Assembly: GCA_050084515.1 (NCBI GenBank)
Contig: CM114271.1
Span: forward strand, 12,524,001 to 12,588,000
Direction: 5' to 3'
Origin: Blasia pusilla
Lineage: Eukaryota
Length of the DNA: 64,000 nt
The notes beneath the pieces are model-generated. The model did not search any database and had not been told where the DNA came from. It worked only from the letters and a program-made list of their open reading frames with translations. The stretch's first letter is position 1; each line of letters begins with the position of its first letter. This document shows, piece after piece, positions 1-12,269 of the stretch. The translations under genes and the position numbers were made by a program.

Positions 1-280
1 CATTGAACTGCACCTTGCACGCTGCATACTACTCATGCTGAATAATCCTCAACATTTTAAAATCTTACCAGAGGCATCATATAAGTTTGAGAAGAATTTC
101 TTCAAAACTTCTTTGAGAACTGAAAGTCTGAAAGAAAATCATAGAAAGGAGAGGACTCCTCTGCTTGGTACCATCATTTCGAAACTTCCACGTTTTATCC
201 AATTTTCAGAGTCTAATCTAGTTAAGAAAAACTTCATACATTGAGAATCAAGCAAAAAAATAGAAGCTGTAGTTACACAC

Positions 281-2767
281 CAAATGAAAAAAGTCCAGGT
301 GGAAGTGGCTTGTATTTTTTTACAGCCAAATTGATGACACCCAATCCAGTGATTGTCTGGACACTGCCAAAACAATATCATTCAGCCGAATCATTGAATG
401 AGCATGAAACAAGAGAACAATGTTTGAAACGGAAAATCGCCTTATTGAAGGTCTACCAGACTAATGATAGGCATGAGTTTTCAGAGGTCTTCTACCAACT
501 TTTTCTTTTGACATGGCATCAGCAACCTGTCAGGAAAAAGGTTGACTAGAGATACAGTTTAGAAACTTTCACAAAAGAAAAGACAAAGCACCAGGTGTCA
601 AACTTCTTGTACAAATTAGTGTGCCAGACAGTGAGAAGTAGACAAAATTACAATTACACACCAAATGACAGCTACTTAATTTTTTTGAGAACAATCCACA
701 TTGATCAAAGTTGAGAACTAACAGCTGATGAAGGAGAATATATACAGCTTGGTCATCCAAATTCATGTACTGTCTTCGCCCCACTCCAAATTGAGCACCC
801 ACAATTGACACGAACAATCCTGTCAGCAGAAAACTGCCCTGGCAACCACAACCAATTCTTAATTGGGAACTTTGACTTGACATGAACATGACATTCTGTG
901 CATCACTCGTTTTACCAAGATGACGCGGAAATCTTCAGAGACAAAAGACTATTGAATCTAAATTACACTCAAAACGCTTATGGCACACTAGAAAGCACTC
1001 TTAAGTCAAGAGAATTCAGGGGATATCCCCTGAATTCTCTGACTTCCAGGGATAGTGGCAATCATCTATGTAGGTAGTTGAAGCTTGCTGTGACACCCAG
1101 TCTTATTTGGGTCTTATGGTGAAATTACAAACCTAGCAAGATGTTTCACCAAGAATACAATGGTGAAATGACTAAGAAGTTTCAGGCTGAATCTGAGTCA
1201 CTGGTCATTGGAGAAATAACGATATAATCTGCAATCCAATGAACAATGAATGCTTATCTCAGTGTTTTGCAGCAGATTGTAATGAGAAGCTCCAATCTTG
1301 ACTAAAAATTGTTCATGGAACAGTGTGATCAAGGATGTCACAAATCCGGATAAGAAACAGAGATATGGCTTCCTTGCTCTAGTCTGAATAGATGACTGCA
1401 AGAAGAACCTTTGAACCTAGCGGAATATGTCAAGCCATAGAAAGTGGCTCGCTGCACTTGGTATCTACGTCTATGACTCAATTGACTGAGATAATGGACA
1501 AGTTTCATAACAAATCCCATTGGACCATTGCATTTGACGAGGAGAATGACAAAGTACAACCTTGTTTCGACACCGGAAGAACTAAAAATCCATGTATCCA
1601 GCTCAAAAAGATGCTTGCCAATTGCAGCTTGTGCTCCATTGGTCCATCACTCGAAGATAAAAACCATTATTAATGCAACCAAACTAGCTGACAAGGAGTG
1701 AGAAAGCACCTGATTAACCATGCAAAAATGCCCACTGACACGGTTTTGCCATCCCATGGAATATCCCAACGTTCTAGGATTGACCACGGTGCTGCCTTCT
1801 GCAATGAATTCATACCAATTGCCAACTGGAGAATTATAAGTCCATCAAGAAGACCTTCGGAGAATGGAGAAACGACCAAACTTGTTACTGATTTTTTGAG
1901 AATTGTCAGAAGTGAGGGCAGAAATAGGACAAAAGATTTTCTTTACATCGTTCTGCAGGACTTCCAGCAAATATAGATTGTCTACTGTCAAACCATTACT
2001 TCAATCGAAGTGATGGTTTGAGTGTTAACAGTTTCCATTTAACTAGGGATGAAAGAAGAACCCCAAAATTCAGGTATTCCGGAAAGTTTCAGTGGCCATT
2101 CCAATTAATTGCATGCATTCGCTTATTTGGGTCTGTTGGCCATAGAGAACCACGTTGTTTCGACTTTGATGGCGAGGTCATATAACACAAGTCTTGGAGG
2201 GCTGTTCTGGGCACGTTCTCTTCCCCACTCCACTCATATCCTCTCACGCTATCTACCTTACCCTTCACGACAGGCTGGACCTAATTAGACAACCTCCATC
2301 TCCACTTCCACTCCTCTCTAATAAACTCCTGGAAATCAACATAAACACACCTGAATCGAGGCAGCATCCCCTTCTTCATCTTCAGGGTTTTCCCGGTTTC
2401 CAAACCAGTCATTCTTCGCGCGACAACAGCTTCTTTCTCCTCTGCTACGTCCACCAAGAAGCCACTTCGAACCACCCGCAAGCGACAGCGCCTCATTGAC
2501 CTGAAATTGTCCCATCAAGCTAGGGTTCCAGCTCCTAAAGTTTCCCTGCCGCTTCCTTCCGATATCACCATCACTTAAACCCGAGAGCTCCGACATTTCG
2601 CTCATCACCAAACGCCTCCTGCCCATCCACACCCAATTGCTCCCACACAAACCACTGTTGAAAATTCTCGCATGCTTTGCGGATGTCCTGCTGCCCAACT
2701 CCGGAATCGCTGCCTTGCAGCTCCTGCTGCAGCAGAACACGGCCTCCATGGCCACAACAGATGCCAT
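281..2767 (-). CDS. CAAX amino-terminal protease / CPBP (Abi) family protein with plastid transit-peptide-like N-terminus; 3' end lies beyond the left edge of the window
   Basis: Exons assembled by hand with GT-AG introns and consistent phase: 2767-2351 (MASVVAMEA...AASIQ), 1798-1710 (KAAPWSILERWDIPWDGKTVSVGIFAWLI), 833-723 (SFLLTGLFVS...MNLDDQAVYILLHQ), 363-281 (VQTITGLGVINLAVKKYKPLPPGLFSF). The W-x-(I/V)PW, LDD and PLP motifs resemble the N-terminal part of Arabidopsis At1g14270-type CAAX proteases as I recall them. The catalytic EE motif would be in exons outside the window. Confidence 0.8.
1003..1045. repeat. Perfect 32-bp palindrome (43 bp with one bulge) in an intron of the CAAX gene
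   Basis: 1009-1040 reads agagaattcaggggat|atcccctgaattctct and is its own reverse complement; it is flanked by aagtc/gactt. Confidence 0.95.
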
Positions 2768-3149
2768 TGTTTGAATTCTCACACCCTCGACCTCTCGATG
2801 TCGCGCGGGGCTATACAGTGCGCAGACGAAGAAGGGGTGCTCAGCAGCATCCTTCGCCTGCCACGTGCCCCGCTCGCGTTCACCGCGTTCTCCTGCCCAC
2901 GGAGAGTACGCATTACTACAGCACACCGGGCTACGGACATGGATGGAAGTGAGCGTGAGTGCTCACGCGGACGGAGTTTCAACTTCCCAAACTAGAGGAG
3001 TGAGTCTCTATGAGTTGCCCCCTTAAGAAAAAACTAGAGGAGTGAGTTTAGCTCTCTAAGTTGCTATGAGTTTTTAATATAGATATGAGTTTGTAATGAT
3101 GTTAGTATTATTTCTCCCCTTAATTCGATACAAAATAGTATCACATTTG

Positions 3150-3320
3150 CCTTTGGAGTCCATATTGGATTAGGTCCAAACATAGGAGCCTCGTATTACT
3201 CAAGATCTCGCTATGTATTACTCCCTATCCTTACACAACACGAATTGGAATCCGATTCGTGTTGTGTTACTCCCGACTTAGTGTTTCCAAATTCCTCCGT
3301 TATAAAACTCAAAATCCTGA
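3150..3320 (-). repeat. Dispersed MITE-like repeat, related to 20575-20870
   Basis: Reverse complement ttttgagttttataacg...tttggaaacac...gtcgggagtaacaca matches ttttgagttttgtaacg...tttggaag...gtcaggagtaacaca at about 20580-20645. It contains the hairpin cacaacacgaat...attcgtgttgtg. Confidence 0.55.
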
Positions 3321-4019
3321 AAAGGGATCGTATACTGATTCATCTATATTATTATTGAAGAGTTGCATCATTGGAGACCCCTTATCTATGATATAAGACT
3401 CAAATAAGAGAGTTCACTCTCCAACGGACGAGACGGGCACACTTGGAAAAATTATCAAATTATACACCCATGGCCCCCATAGATCTTAACTACCAATTGG
3501 AAAAAACTATGTCCATCATGAAGACAATTATAGCTTGTGTTCTCATTCACAACAACTACTATTCTTCATAGCAATTTCCCTTGTACTCATATTTTTATAA
3601 CTACCATATCAACTTCTCACATGATATATATGGATATGCTCTAAAGAGTGAATCCCAAATATAGTAATGCCCTTAGCCTCTTTTTGCACATGGAAGTTTT
3701 TCTCTCGATCAATAGTAGGGAGACTAGCATAAGATAACTTATATAAATGAGTTGATGAGCATTTGCTAATATGCAAAGCATACTCCTCTTCCTATTCTTA
3801 TTTTCCCAATTTGTAATAGTACAATTTCCTTCATTTTATTTCATAAGATATTGATGCTTAAGTGTTTGCTTATGTCATTTCGTAAACCAAATTTTCTCAT
3901 AAAATAGGCTTCATATAAAAGGTGAACTTCTTATTTCTTCTTTTAGGAAGAACCTTCTAACCTTAATTGTATAGATTCACCTTCAAGTTAAAACAAGCAT
4001 GAAATAAATTTTGATGGGA

Positions 4020-4385
4020 GATACCAAAATGGGATTTAAATATCTACATCAATTGAGAAATGATCATAAGGTGAGCACGCATGAGAGCATTGTCACTCTT
4101 GGTTCAAGATGGGAGCAAAATCCATAATAGGAAACTTATAGGAGGAAGAAACATCCTAAATGAAGTTGTGCTCAAGATAAAATTATGCGATCTTGTCATG
4201 ACAGAGGTTAATAATTCACAAGTTATCTTATCCACCATTTGGAAAAAATAGATGTGATCAAGCATTATCGTTCTATTTCATATTATCCTCAGACAAATGG
4301 ATAGACGGAAAAAAATGTTATTCTTTGTGCGACCTTCTCACAAAATAGTAAATTGATTCCAAAGGGATTAACTGGGACCAAATTG
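4020..4385 (+). mobile_element. Highly decayed LTR-retrotransposon integrase core fragment
   Basis: Conceptual translation gives IKHYRSISYYPQTNG*TEK, like the integrase H..ST.Y.PQTNGQ.E motif, with an upstream DRG; stops and frameshifts present. Confidence 0.6.
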
Positions 4386-4389
4386 GTGC

Positions 4390-5454
4390 ATATTTCTTCC
4401 ACTTTAGAGATCTTCTATTGGTTGGGTTTCTTTTGACACTTCTATCTTGATAACTTTGGATCAACTTCTTGGTTTAACTACTTGAACCAAGAAGTCTTGG
4501 TGAGGGAGATGATGGTGTCTTAGCTTCACAAAAAAGTTATCTTGTATATTTCTAGCTTTTGGAGGTATGGAGCTTTCCTTCACAATTGCACTTGCACCAA
4601 CAACCATTTTGGGGATTTGGGCTTTAGTTGCCCCATTTTGGACTTCAAGGTTTCTTCAAGGAGATGCACCTATCTTGATGGATCATGTCGCCCATGAAGA
4701 GGAAAGGGATCTATAATTCCAATAACAACTACTATCTTCTCGAGCTCTTCTTCCACTAAGTTACTATACACCGCAGATCTATCGCATTTCAGTCAATTGA
4801 TCATAGAAGGGCTTGATCACCTTCAAGATCTATCTTTGAGAATTTGCGCTAAACCAACTTTTCCAACATTCTCACTAAGACATCCTCTAACACTCATAGA
4901 GATCATTAGCGCTCATATGCAAGTACAAGAGCAAGGCTTTGGCCTTACTATCGCTCCAAATCCTCTTATTCTTTTATTCCCTCTTCCTCGAATATATTCT
5001 TGGTAGTTTTGAGGTTACGCCTCGGACACCAAGGGGCATGAGCATTCTCTGATATGCACATGGTGGACAATGAACGGAGGCCCATTATATGATTAGAGAG
5101 AAGGTAGCATGGATGGCTCATACTGCATGGTACACCGTTGGACAAGAACAAAAAAATTTCCTACCTTCTACTATGCAAGCAACTTCTCATCAAACAATTA
5201 ATCTTGTTATATCTCGAGTTGGATTTCGTCTATTGGGAAATGTGGTGGTTGTTAATCTAACACATTCAGACTTAGTGTGTCGGGTTGCACATTCTAAAGG
5301 TTCTACGTCTGATGCAACAAGAACAATCAAGGAGTTAAGATATGCGATGAGATATGGATAGATTTATTCCTTTTGCAATGGAACTATTTGGGTACTTATA
5401 TGTGTCTTTTGATACTTTCTTGAAAACTTGTGCTTCTCACTCCCTCAAGAATCA
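4390..5454 (+). mobile_element. Decayed CRE-like non-LTR retrotransposon (restriction-like endonuclease region), left part; interrupted by the Gypsy fragment
   Basis: Motifs LRLRLG, NVVVVNLTHSDLV and FIPFAMELFGYL...FDTFL. Nucleotide-similar to 19620-20570 and motif-similar to 60100-61080. Confidence 0.6.
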
Positions 5455-7234
5455 TGTCGTGCGCATACATATCGCTACACAACATACATCGCTGGTCACA
5501 TCTACACCACACAACACCGATCTTCCCCACACACGGGTTGATCCACACATGTACAAAATTCAACTCATACATATACATGGAGATCACACAACCGCCCCTA
5601 GCCGGGCAGTTGATCCCCAACCAGATAAAAATATCACATCTCTCTGACATGGCCTACTACCCTATACACATCTCAGACACATCCATCGTCCTGTGGGAAC
5701 CACATCAAGAGTGGGGGTCAGACATGACATATGCCACCCTCGAGAACAACCATCACATACCAACATGGTGGTTGCACCCCTCGTAGATCCGCACAACATA
5801 CACGTCAAGCCTGCAGGTACCACTGCTAAGCTCGGATCCACTGTCCCGTCTACGTTCGGAAGATGACATGGCGCACAATTGCGCACATGATCCTTCCAAA
5901 CCATACCATCCCGTCCCTCCAACATGAGGACTCCAGTCGGTAATACCTCGCGCACACGTAGGATCGTGCGCCCTGCAATGACATCTAGCGTCGTGGGTGC
6001 CGCCTCCTGTAAATATACGTAATCTCCAGGATGAAACCTCATATTATCCCTAGACGATAACTTCCTCCACAAATGGTCACGTATCTCAATGTATCTCTAT
6101 GCTAAGCAATAGCTAAGTTCTCAAAGGCCATAGGCATAACTCTACGAAAAACTTCCGCCCTCTGAGAACATGCTTGTATCCACACATCTGGACCATCAAG
6201 ATCTAACACCTCTACCATGTCACGTCGAATCGCTGCAGGTAAATCTGGCTCTCTCCCAAAGCAAAAAGTACAATGAAAATGACGCCAAGGATTTTTGCCG
6301 ACTAAAGCGATAACCCATAGCCAACCATGGTAACTGTAGATCCCACTCCCTCAATTGTCCCCGCTGCAAGCCATACTTGCGCAATCCTCTCTTCACCATT
6401 TGTACCACTCTCTCCGCCAACCCATCCGCCTCAGGATGATCTCTGGACGTGGTGCGGTGATCTATCAACGCCCGATCACACAAGGCTTGAAACTCTCCCC
6501 TAAACTCAGTACCCTGGTCAGTAAACACCTCCGCCGGTGCACCAAAGTGACTGAGCACACGATCTAGAAACGCATAAGTTGTTCCCTCGCTCGCCTTGTC
6601 TGGTAGTGCCACCAACTCCATCCACTCGGAGAAATGCTCCACCATGAACAACACGTACCTATGATGACGCCCCGTCAATAGCAAAGGTCCCGCAAAGTCT
6701 AAAATCCACCAATAACCTAAACCCATTATTGGCAAAGGAAGTAATTGCGGAGTGGGAGCATTGAAGGATGCTCGCATTGTGTGACATACCATACATCTGG
6801 CCATAAACTGTTGTACCCCAGTATGCATGCCGCGCCATCAATACTGAATCTGGAGTAAGTTGTAAGTACGCTTCACTCCAAAATGTCCCAACTCCTCATG
6901 GGCATGTCACACTACACGTGCTCGTTGGGAAGGATGAGGTACCACTCGTATCCTACCATCTCCCCATACTCGCAAAATGTGAGTCCCCTCTCAACTGAAC
7001 CTCCTAGCCCTCTGTAGGATCCGATCCCGCTCCCTAACACTCACTATGCTCGCTATGACGCCAGTGCGCAAGAACTCCACAACCTCCACGTCGTCATGGA
7101 TATCACGACCACCTGTCGCCTCCTCACTAACCTCCGGATCCAAAGACTCATCATCCAACCCCACCACTGAAGTCATCATATGTGGTTGACCTGTCATAGT
7201 CAACCAACAAAGATAGCCAAATGCATGCCAACTA
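5455..7234 (-). mobile_element. Ty3/Gypsy fragment: integrase with C-terminal PHD finger plus 3' LTR end
   Basis: Zinc-binding region HEELGHFG...CMVC; core LDFAGP, TDQGTEF, GLAERVV; PHD CMLC...VCDGCSRGWHMSCL...WMCLRC (ORF 5662-6072). A purine-rich taggggcgg precedes tgtgtgatc, and the LTR ends ...atgcgcacgaca at 5455. Frameshifts present. Confidence 0.92.
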
Positions 7235-7498
7235 CTCATTTTCGACTATACATCTCTCTGGCTTAATTTACAACATGCACAATGATTGTCATTGATATGT
7301 CGAGCCGAAGTGGTTGGGGGTCACTCACCTTGTTTTCCATTCATGTCTGACAAACCCATGGTTGACTGTGTAGCTCGTTGAGTTGGTTTTTATGTTGGCA
7401 TGTTGCCATTTTCTTTTTGCGTTTCTTGACACCTTCCCTTCTTGAGATATTATTGTCTTTCTTTGTCTCCTTTTGAAGTTTTTTTATTTTAAAAAAAG
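7235..7498 (+). mobile_element. 3' end of the interrupted CRE-like element, with A-rich tail
   Basis: Continues the endonuclease-region C-terminus (ISLA..QHAQ...RAEVVG, compare VSIVLQCAQA...VVG at about 60810-60870). A T-rich 3' UTR ends tttttattttaaaaaaag. Confidence 0.5.
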
Positions 7499-9301
7499 AT
7501 TTGTACTAGATAAGGTGCCATCATTATAGATGCCTTCAAGAAGATGAGATGATTGTAGCGCATCATGTCATAGGGGGGAATCTAGTATTAGCCATCCACG
7601 GGATACACATTTGAAAGGAGGTGAGGTGGTTTCTATTCATATATTATAGTATTTCACCAAAGACATCTCACAACATCATAAGGTATATCTTTTCTTCAAC
7701 CATAACAGAGTGGTATATATGGTGAGCATGGTGATAGAACACCCCAAATGTGAGGTGAATATGGGAAGGGTACTCTAAAACTTGGATCATGCTACCTATT
7801 TGGCAAGGAATAGGAAGGTAAGATCCTATTCATACATAGAGAGACGTGACTCTTGATGATGAAATGTTTTTTCCCGTCCCGTCTTCCTTCACGACTTCGA
7901 GAGCTCCAAGCCACCACGAGGAGGATGAAGTGTAAACTTAATGGTGCGGCCTTTCAAAGGACATCAACGAATGTAGCTGAAATTTGAGAGATTTTTTGCA
8001 ATTAGTGCTTCTTTAATATATCTCTAAGACCTTCAATGGAAGAATATTCTATGTTAAGAATTGAACTATTCTATCGCATGATCTATCGATAAAAAGTTTT
8101 CAACTTGTTTTATAATCTAAATTATTTTTGGAGAATGTTTTCTTGATTTACAAACATGTGAAAACCGGGCGTGAAAAAATGTTTTCTGTTCTACAAGCAG
8201 AAAAAAATATTTCGTATTCTATGTGCAACATGAAAAATATTTGGTGTGTGTATGGTACCGACTGCCCACTAGTTTCTTTCTTTAACTCTGTTCTCCGCAT
8301 CATGGGCTAATCCAAATATCATTTTCAAAGCTTTGGGTAGAATCTGTTCCCCTAATTTTCTTTTCTTTAGTAGCACTATATTTAATTTAGTATAAGGGCA
8401 TTTATGAAAAATTCATTTATTTAATTTTGGGAATCTGTTACCCACGGGTGTGCATGCACTAGTTCTCGCTCTACGTACGTGAAACTCGGCCCCGTGCCCA
8501 TCAGATTTCGATCGGGTTCCATGAAAACATCTTATGACAGAAAGCTCATGGACTCGACCTCTCCGATCACGAGCCTCAGCTTTAAGCGAAGCTTCAAATA
8601 GTTATGATGGTTGCGGATGCGTGATGCTACTCAGGAACGTCCGCGCATCCGCCATACGTGAAGTTGTGGAGAGTGTGGAGGTCAATCAGTCCAGCAAATC
8701 AAGCATCCTCCATTCCTTGCGCAGTGTTGCAGCGAATTGACACACGTTGATAGTGGTGACTTTTGTTACTCTGAAACCCTCGCCATTCCGTTCCGCCATG
8801 CAATTCTTCTCCATGGATTTCACACCCTGGCAAGCAATTCTTCATGGCATTGCACTCGACAGACTGGCGAGCAATTCTTGGTAGATTTGGTTCCGTGTTC
8901 CATGGCGACAGGAATCTCGGGCTCATAGAATCGCACGAGAAGTGAACTCATTATAAAATTCGGAACTGAAATATGAAAGAATTAACGACATGATTTATTG
9001 GCGTCGGAGACTCCGGACGTCCATGTGACTCACAAAGCGAGATACTCTGAGACGGATAGATTTGCTTGCAAGATTTCCCTTCCTTGGCATGAAATGCAGA
9101 ATTCGTTCTTTCATCTTGAGTGCCTGGCTGCCATGGAAGTGCCCGAGGAAACTCCCAAACCTCTGGAAATATCTACATTTTTTTCTGGAACTGCGCTTTT
9201 CCGGCTGCAAAGAGTCCGGCCTCCTAAACTCCACCGCTAAACTCCGATGAGAGCCACTGGTACACAAGACGAGATCTAGAATTGCTTCTCAAAAGGCCTT
9301 T

Positions 9302-9921
9302 TCATGCTTCTGCTGGCGCAGCTCCCAGCGCTTTCTTTTGTTGATGAGAGCAAGCAAGAAGTGGAATGACAGTTCCAACTCCGATGCCGCCAAATACTAG
9401 TAGTCCGAATTTGAGCTTCCGATGATTCATAGCTTGTAGATTGTACATAGTTGGCGCATGGATGTAATCGTTAGAGTAGTGGAAGCTTTTGGTCGCTGCC
9501 TGATGAAAGGTGCGCCTGCCTGCATATCCACACAGAAATGAACCAGTCATATCTCTCAATCTTTGTGGTGAAAGAGAAAACCACCACTAAACATAAACAC
9601 TATTGTATGGGGTGCCTGCAACTCTCCATCGCTGTGTCTATGCTGAGGTTTGGACGAGTTGGTGAAATCCTCATGCTAAACGTGTAGTTTGGGCTAGCTG
9701 CAGATCATCATGAGGTCAATGCTCATGGAGGGTGATCTCAACCCCAATAAAGAAGGCATGGGTGGATGGTCATGCTCGAGAGAACGCTTCTATGCAGCCT
9801 TGAGTAAACTCAATTGAGATTTGAAGGAAATTACTAGACCTTGGCCCGATTATTAAATCTCATTTCAAATTGTTGGTAAACCCCAAAATTTGCTGAGGTG
9901 CGATTTCACATAAGGAAGTCG

Positions 9922-9955
<34 letters not shown>

Positions 9956-10144
9956 GAGTCATCCAGGAGGATCGAGAATTCCCAGAGACCTCGCACGCAC
10001 GCACAAAATGAACCACCTCGCACGCACAATCAACGACGCTTACGTACCTTCCTGCGACAGCGCTGCCTTCGCCTTCGCCTTCAAGCCGGCGATGCGCAAG
10101 CTCTTACTCCCAAGAGCCGTTCTCCCGAACGCCGATAGCGCCAT
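9302..10144 (-). CDS. Small mitochondrial single-TM protein, cytochrome c oxidase subunit 7c-like (At1g72020 / COX-X3 family), 104 aa
   Basis: Exon 1 10144-10048 (MALSAFGRTALGSKSLRIAGLKAKAKAALSQE, basic presequence-like; donor G|GTACGT). Exon 2 9519-9302 (GRRTFHQAATKSFHYSNDYIHAPTMYNLQAMNHRKLKFGLLVFGGIGVGTVIPLLACSHQQKK...*). Total 315 nt in frame. YxHA..MYNL..M...LK, G.G..(I/V)P and QQ(K/R)K match the At1g72020 family as I recall it. Confidence 0.88.
9925..9952. repeat. (TC)14 microsatellite in the COX7c-like intron
   Basis: Read directly from the sequence. Confidence 0.95.
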
Positions 10145-12096
10145 CGCCTTCGTCGCAGCTTTGGCTTTCGGTCTGCTGTTCGCAAATCACCGGATGGATT
10201 GATGCACTTCAGATTCCTCCCTCCTCTTGAGCAAAGTGGCGGGCGAAGGTGTCACAATTCGCAACGACGACGGCTGCAACTAACTCTCGCAGCGAAGGTC
10301 ACCCTTTTATGTGTTCCCTGGGTGAGTGCGCGGGTTCGAACTGTTGTTGGGCTGTGAGAGCAAAGATGAGCGTTGCTTTGTCACCCTTTTCTTAAGGCTC
10401 CCTGAGTCATATATATACGCGCACGACCGAAATGGAAATAGAAAATCATTTCCTCTGCTCCGTCCCCTATGCCTATTCCTCGGGGAAGCTCCTTCGGAGG
10501 AACCCTTACTAACTAACTAAAGAAAGGGGCCCCATTTTGTTTTCTGCATATGTGAGAGGGTTTGTAGAGTTTACTCGACCTTCTTTCCTAATTTGGCTTC
10601 GCTTTATTTTTAGCATGCTTTGCCATCTACATCGGAATATGCAAGTGAAAATTGGATGGATTCACTACACTAGAATCTTGATAATATTAGACGAAGGTAC
10701 ACCATTCTTCATTTTTAGAATAATCCGCACTAATTCCTTACATACACGCTCCTACTTCTAGGAAAGGAAAAAGAACCCCAGTCGATTCATGAATAAGTTC
10801 CTTTCATAACATTTTTCAAATAATCTTTCGTCTTTCAATTTGAAATTAAATGAAATTAATAAATATTCTATTAAGACATAAGTACTCAAAGTAAGGACTC
10901 AAAAAGTCAAGCAAAACTTCAAAACTTTACGGAAAACGGTCTTTCGGGCATCAACACTAGAAACTAGCTAGCCTTAAGGGGAAAGGTGAAAGGGGAGGGG
11001 GTGGGGGGAAACAGGGGATGGGTACCACGAAGAATTTATTTCAAGAATACCCACTATAATTTTTGAAATAAAATCTAAAAAGTTTAGTACGTGCTAAACC
11101 TAACTAGATCAAGGATCACATGTCATATTATCTTACTATTCATATAATAATATTATCATGTTATTATATGAATATTAAGAATCTTCATGCACTGCCATCC
11201 CGTCAACACATATTAACTTTTTATGATGATTATCAACTTTCCGATTTTCTTAAGTGTCTTAAGGAATTTCTCTTGAATCTTTTTCCAAAAATATTTCAAT
11301 GACTCGATCTTTGCAACCAGATAGAAACATCCAATTTCATTCTATTAGATGAAAAATTCCAGATTAAGTAATCTCCTTCCTTTCATCATTTTTTAAATAA
11401 TAGAGGAGATGATCAACTTCATAAGTTAATTTGGAAGGAGGAAAACCAAATCTATAGCTAAGAGTGAGACACCAAATGATTTTATTTTGAAAAAATATGT
11501 GAATTCTTGCCCAGCGGTCTAAAATGCAGCAAACTCTAAATTAATACATCCAAAAATAAATCCTACATTTCCATTTCAAGAGCTTTTAATATTTTTCTAT
11601 CAATCTTATGGTTGTTACTTTTACAATATGCATTAGAAAAAAAAACATGGCTTTATGACTAGAAATGTATGACTACATCAAAAATTGAAATTAGTGAAAT
11701 TTAGTGAAATTTTTTATCATCAAAGGAATCTATTTTAGTCATATAGTTTCGAGACAAATAATCGCTAATATGTATGAGTCATGTAGTAATCATAATTTAT
11801 GACTTGTTTAGTCAGCATAGTCATATTTGCCTAATTGTGACTAATTGTTCACACGTTCATAAGAAAAATTCTATCATAACTGAATTTTCTAGCACGTCTA
11901 AGGATTAGAATTGAATTGTATCAATCTAAACTAGAAAATACTTCGTAGCAATCTGGATTTATATACTTAATTCTTTTGTTATTGAAATTTTAATATCTTA
12001 TAGATATAATATTACTAAAACTTATTGTAAACTTATGAAAGTTGTCAATGGCATGTGTGACCATTTGATGAATATGCATGTTTAAGTTTAGATTCA

Positions 12097-12262
12097 CTAG
12101 TATAATACCCATGCATAGCACCCCTTTGTTAATTTGAACTCAATTGTTGTGTTATCTTAATGAAAATTTTTACACGTGTCATCATGAGAATAGTCTTTAA
12201 TGTATACGTGTCATCACCGGAGGATGGGATCCTCAAACCCCATCCCCTTTTAATTATATAGA
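12097..12262 (-). mobile_element. Complete 166-bp non-autonomous mini-Helitron
   Basis: Minus strand reads A|TCTATATAATTA...gtgctatgcatgggtattataCTAG|T: 5' TC, subterminal hairpin, 3' CTAG, inserted in an AT dinucleotide with no target duplication. Confidence 0.75.
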
Positions 12263-12269
12263 TAATATT

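Noticed and set aside
2768-2926. Upstream extension of ORF 2336-2926
   Set aside because: It begins at a non-ATG codon and reads like 5' UTR; the ATG at 2767 gives a plausible transit peptide.
2990-3060. Direct repeat aaactagaggagtgagt, two copies
   Set aside because: Short local duplication with only two units; no support for an array or a function.
8480-9270. Several short ORFs downstream of the COX7c-like gene
   Set aside because: No recognisable motifs or splice-consistent model; more likely 3' UTR or intergenic.
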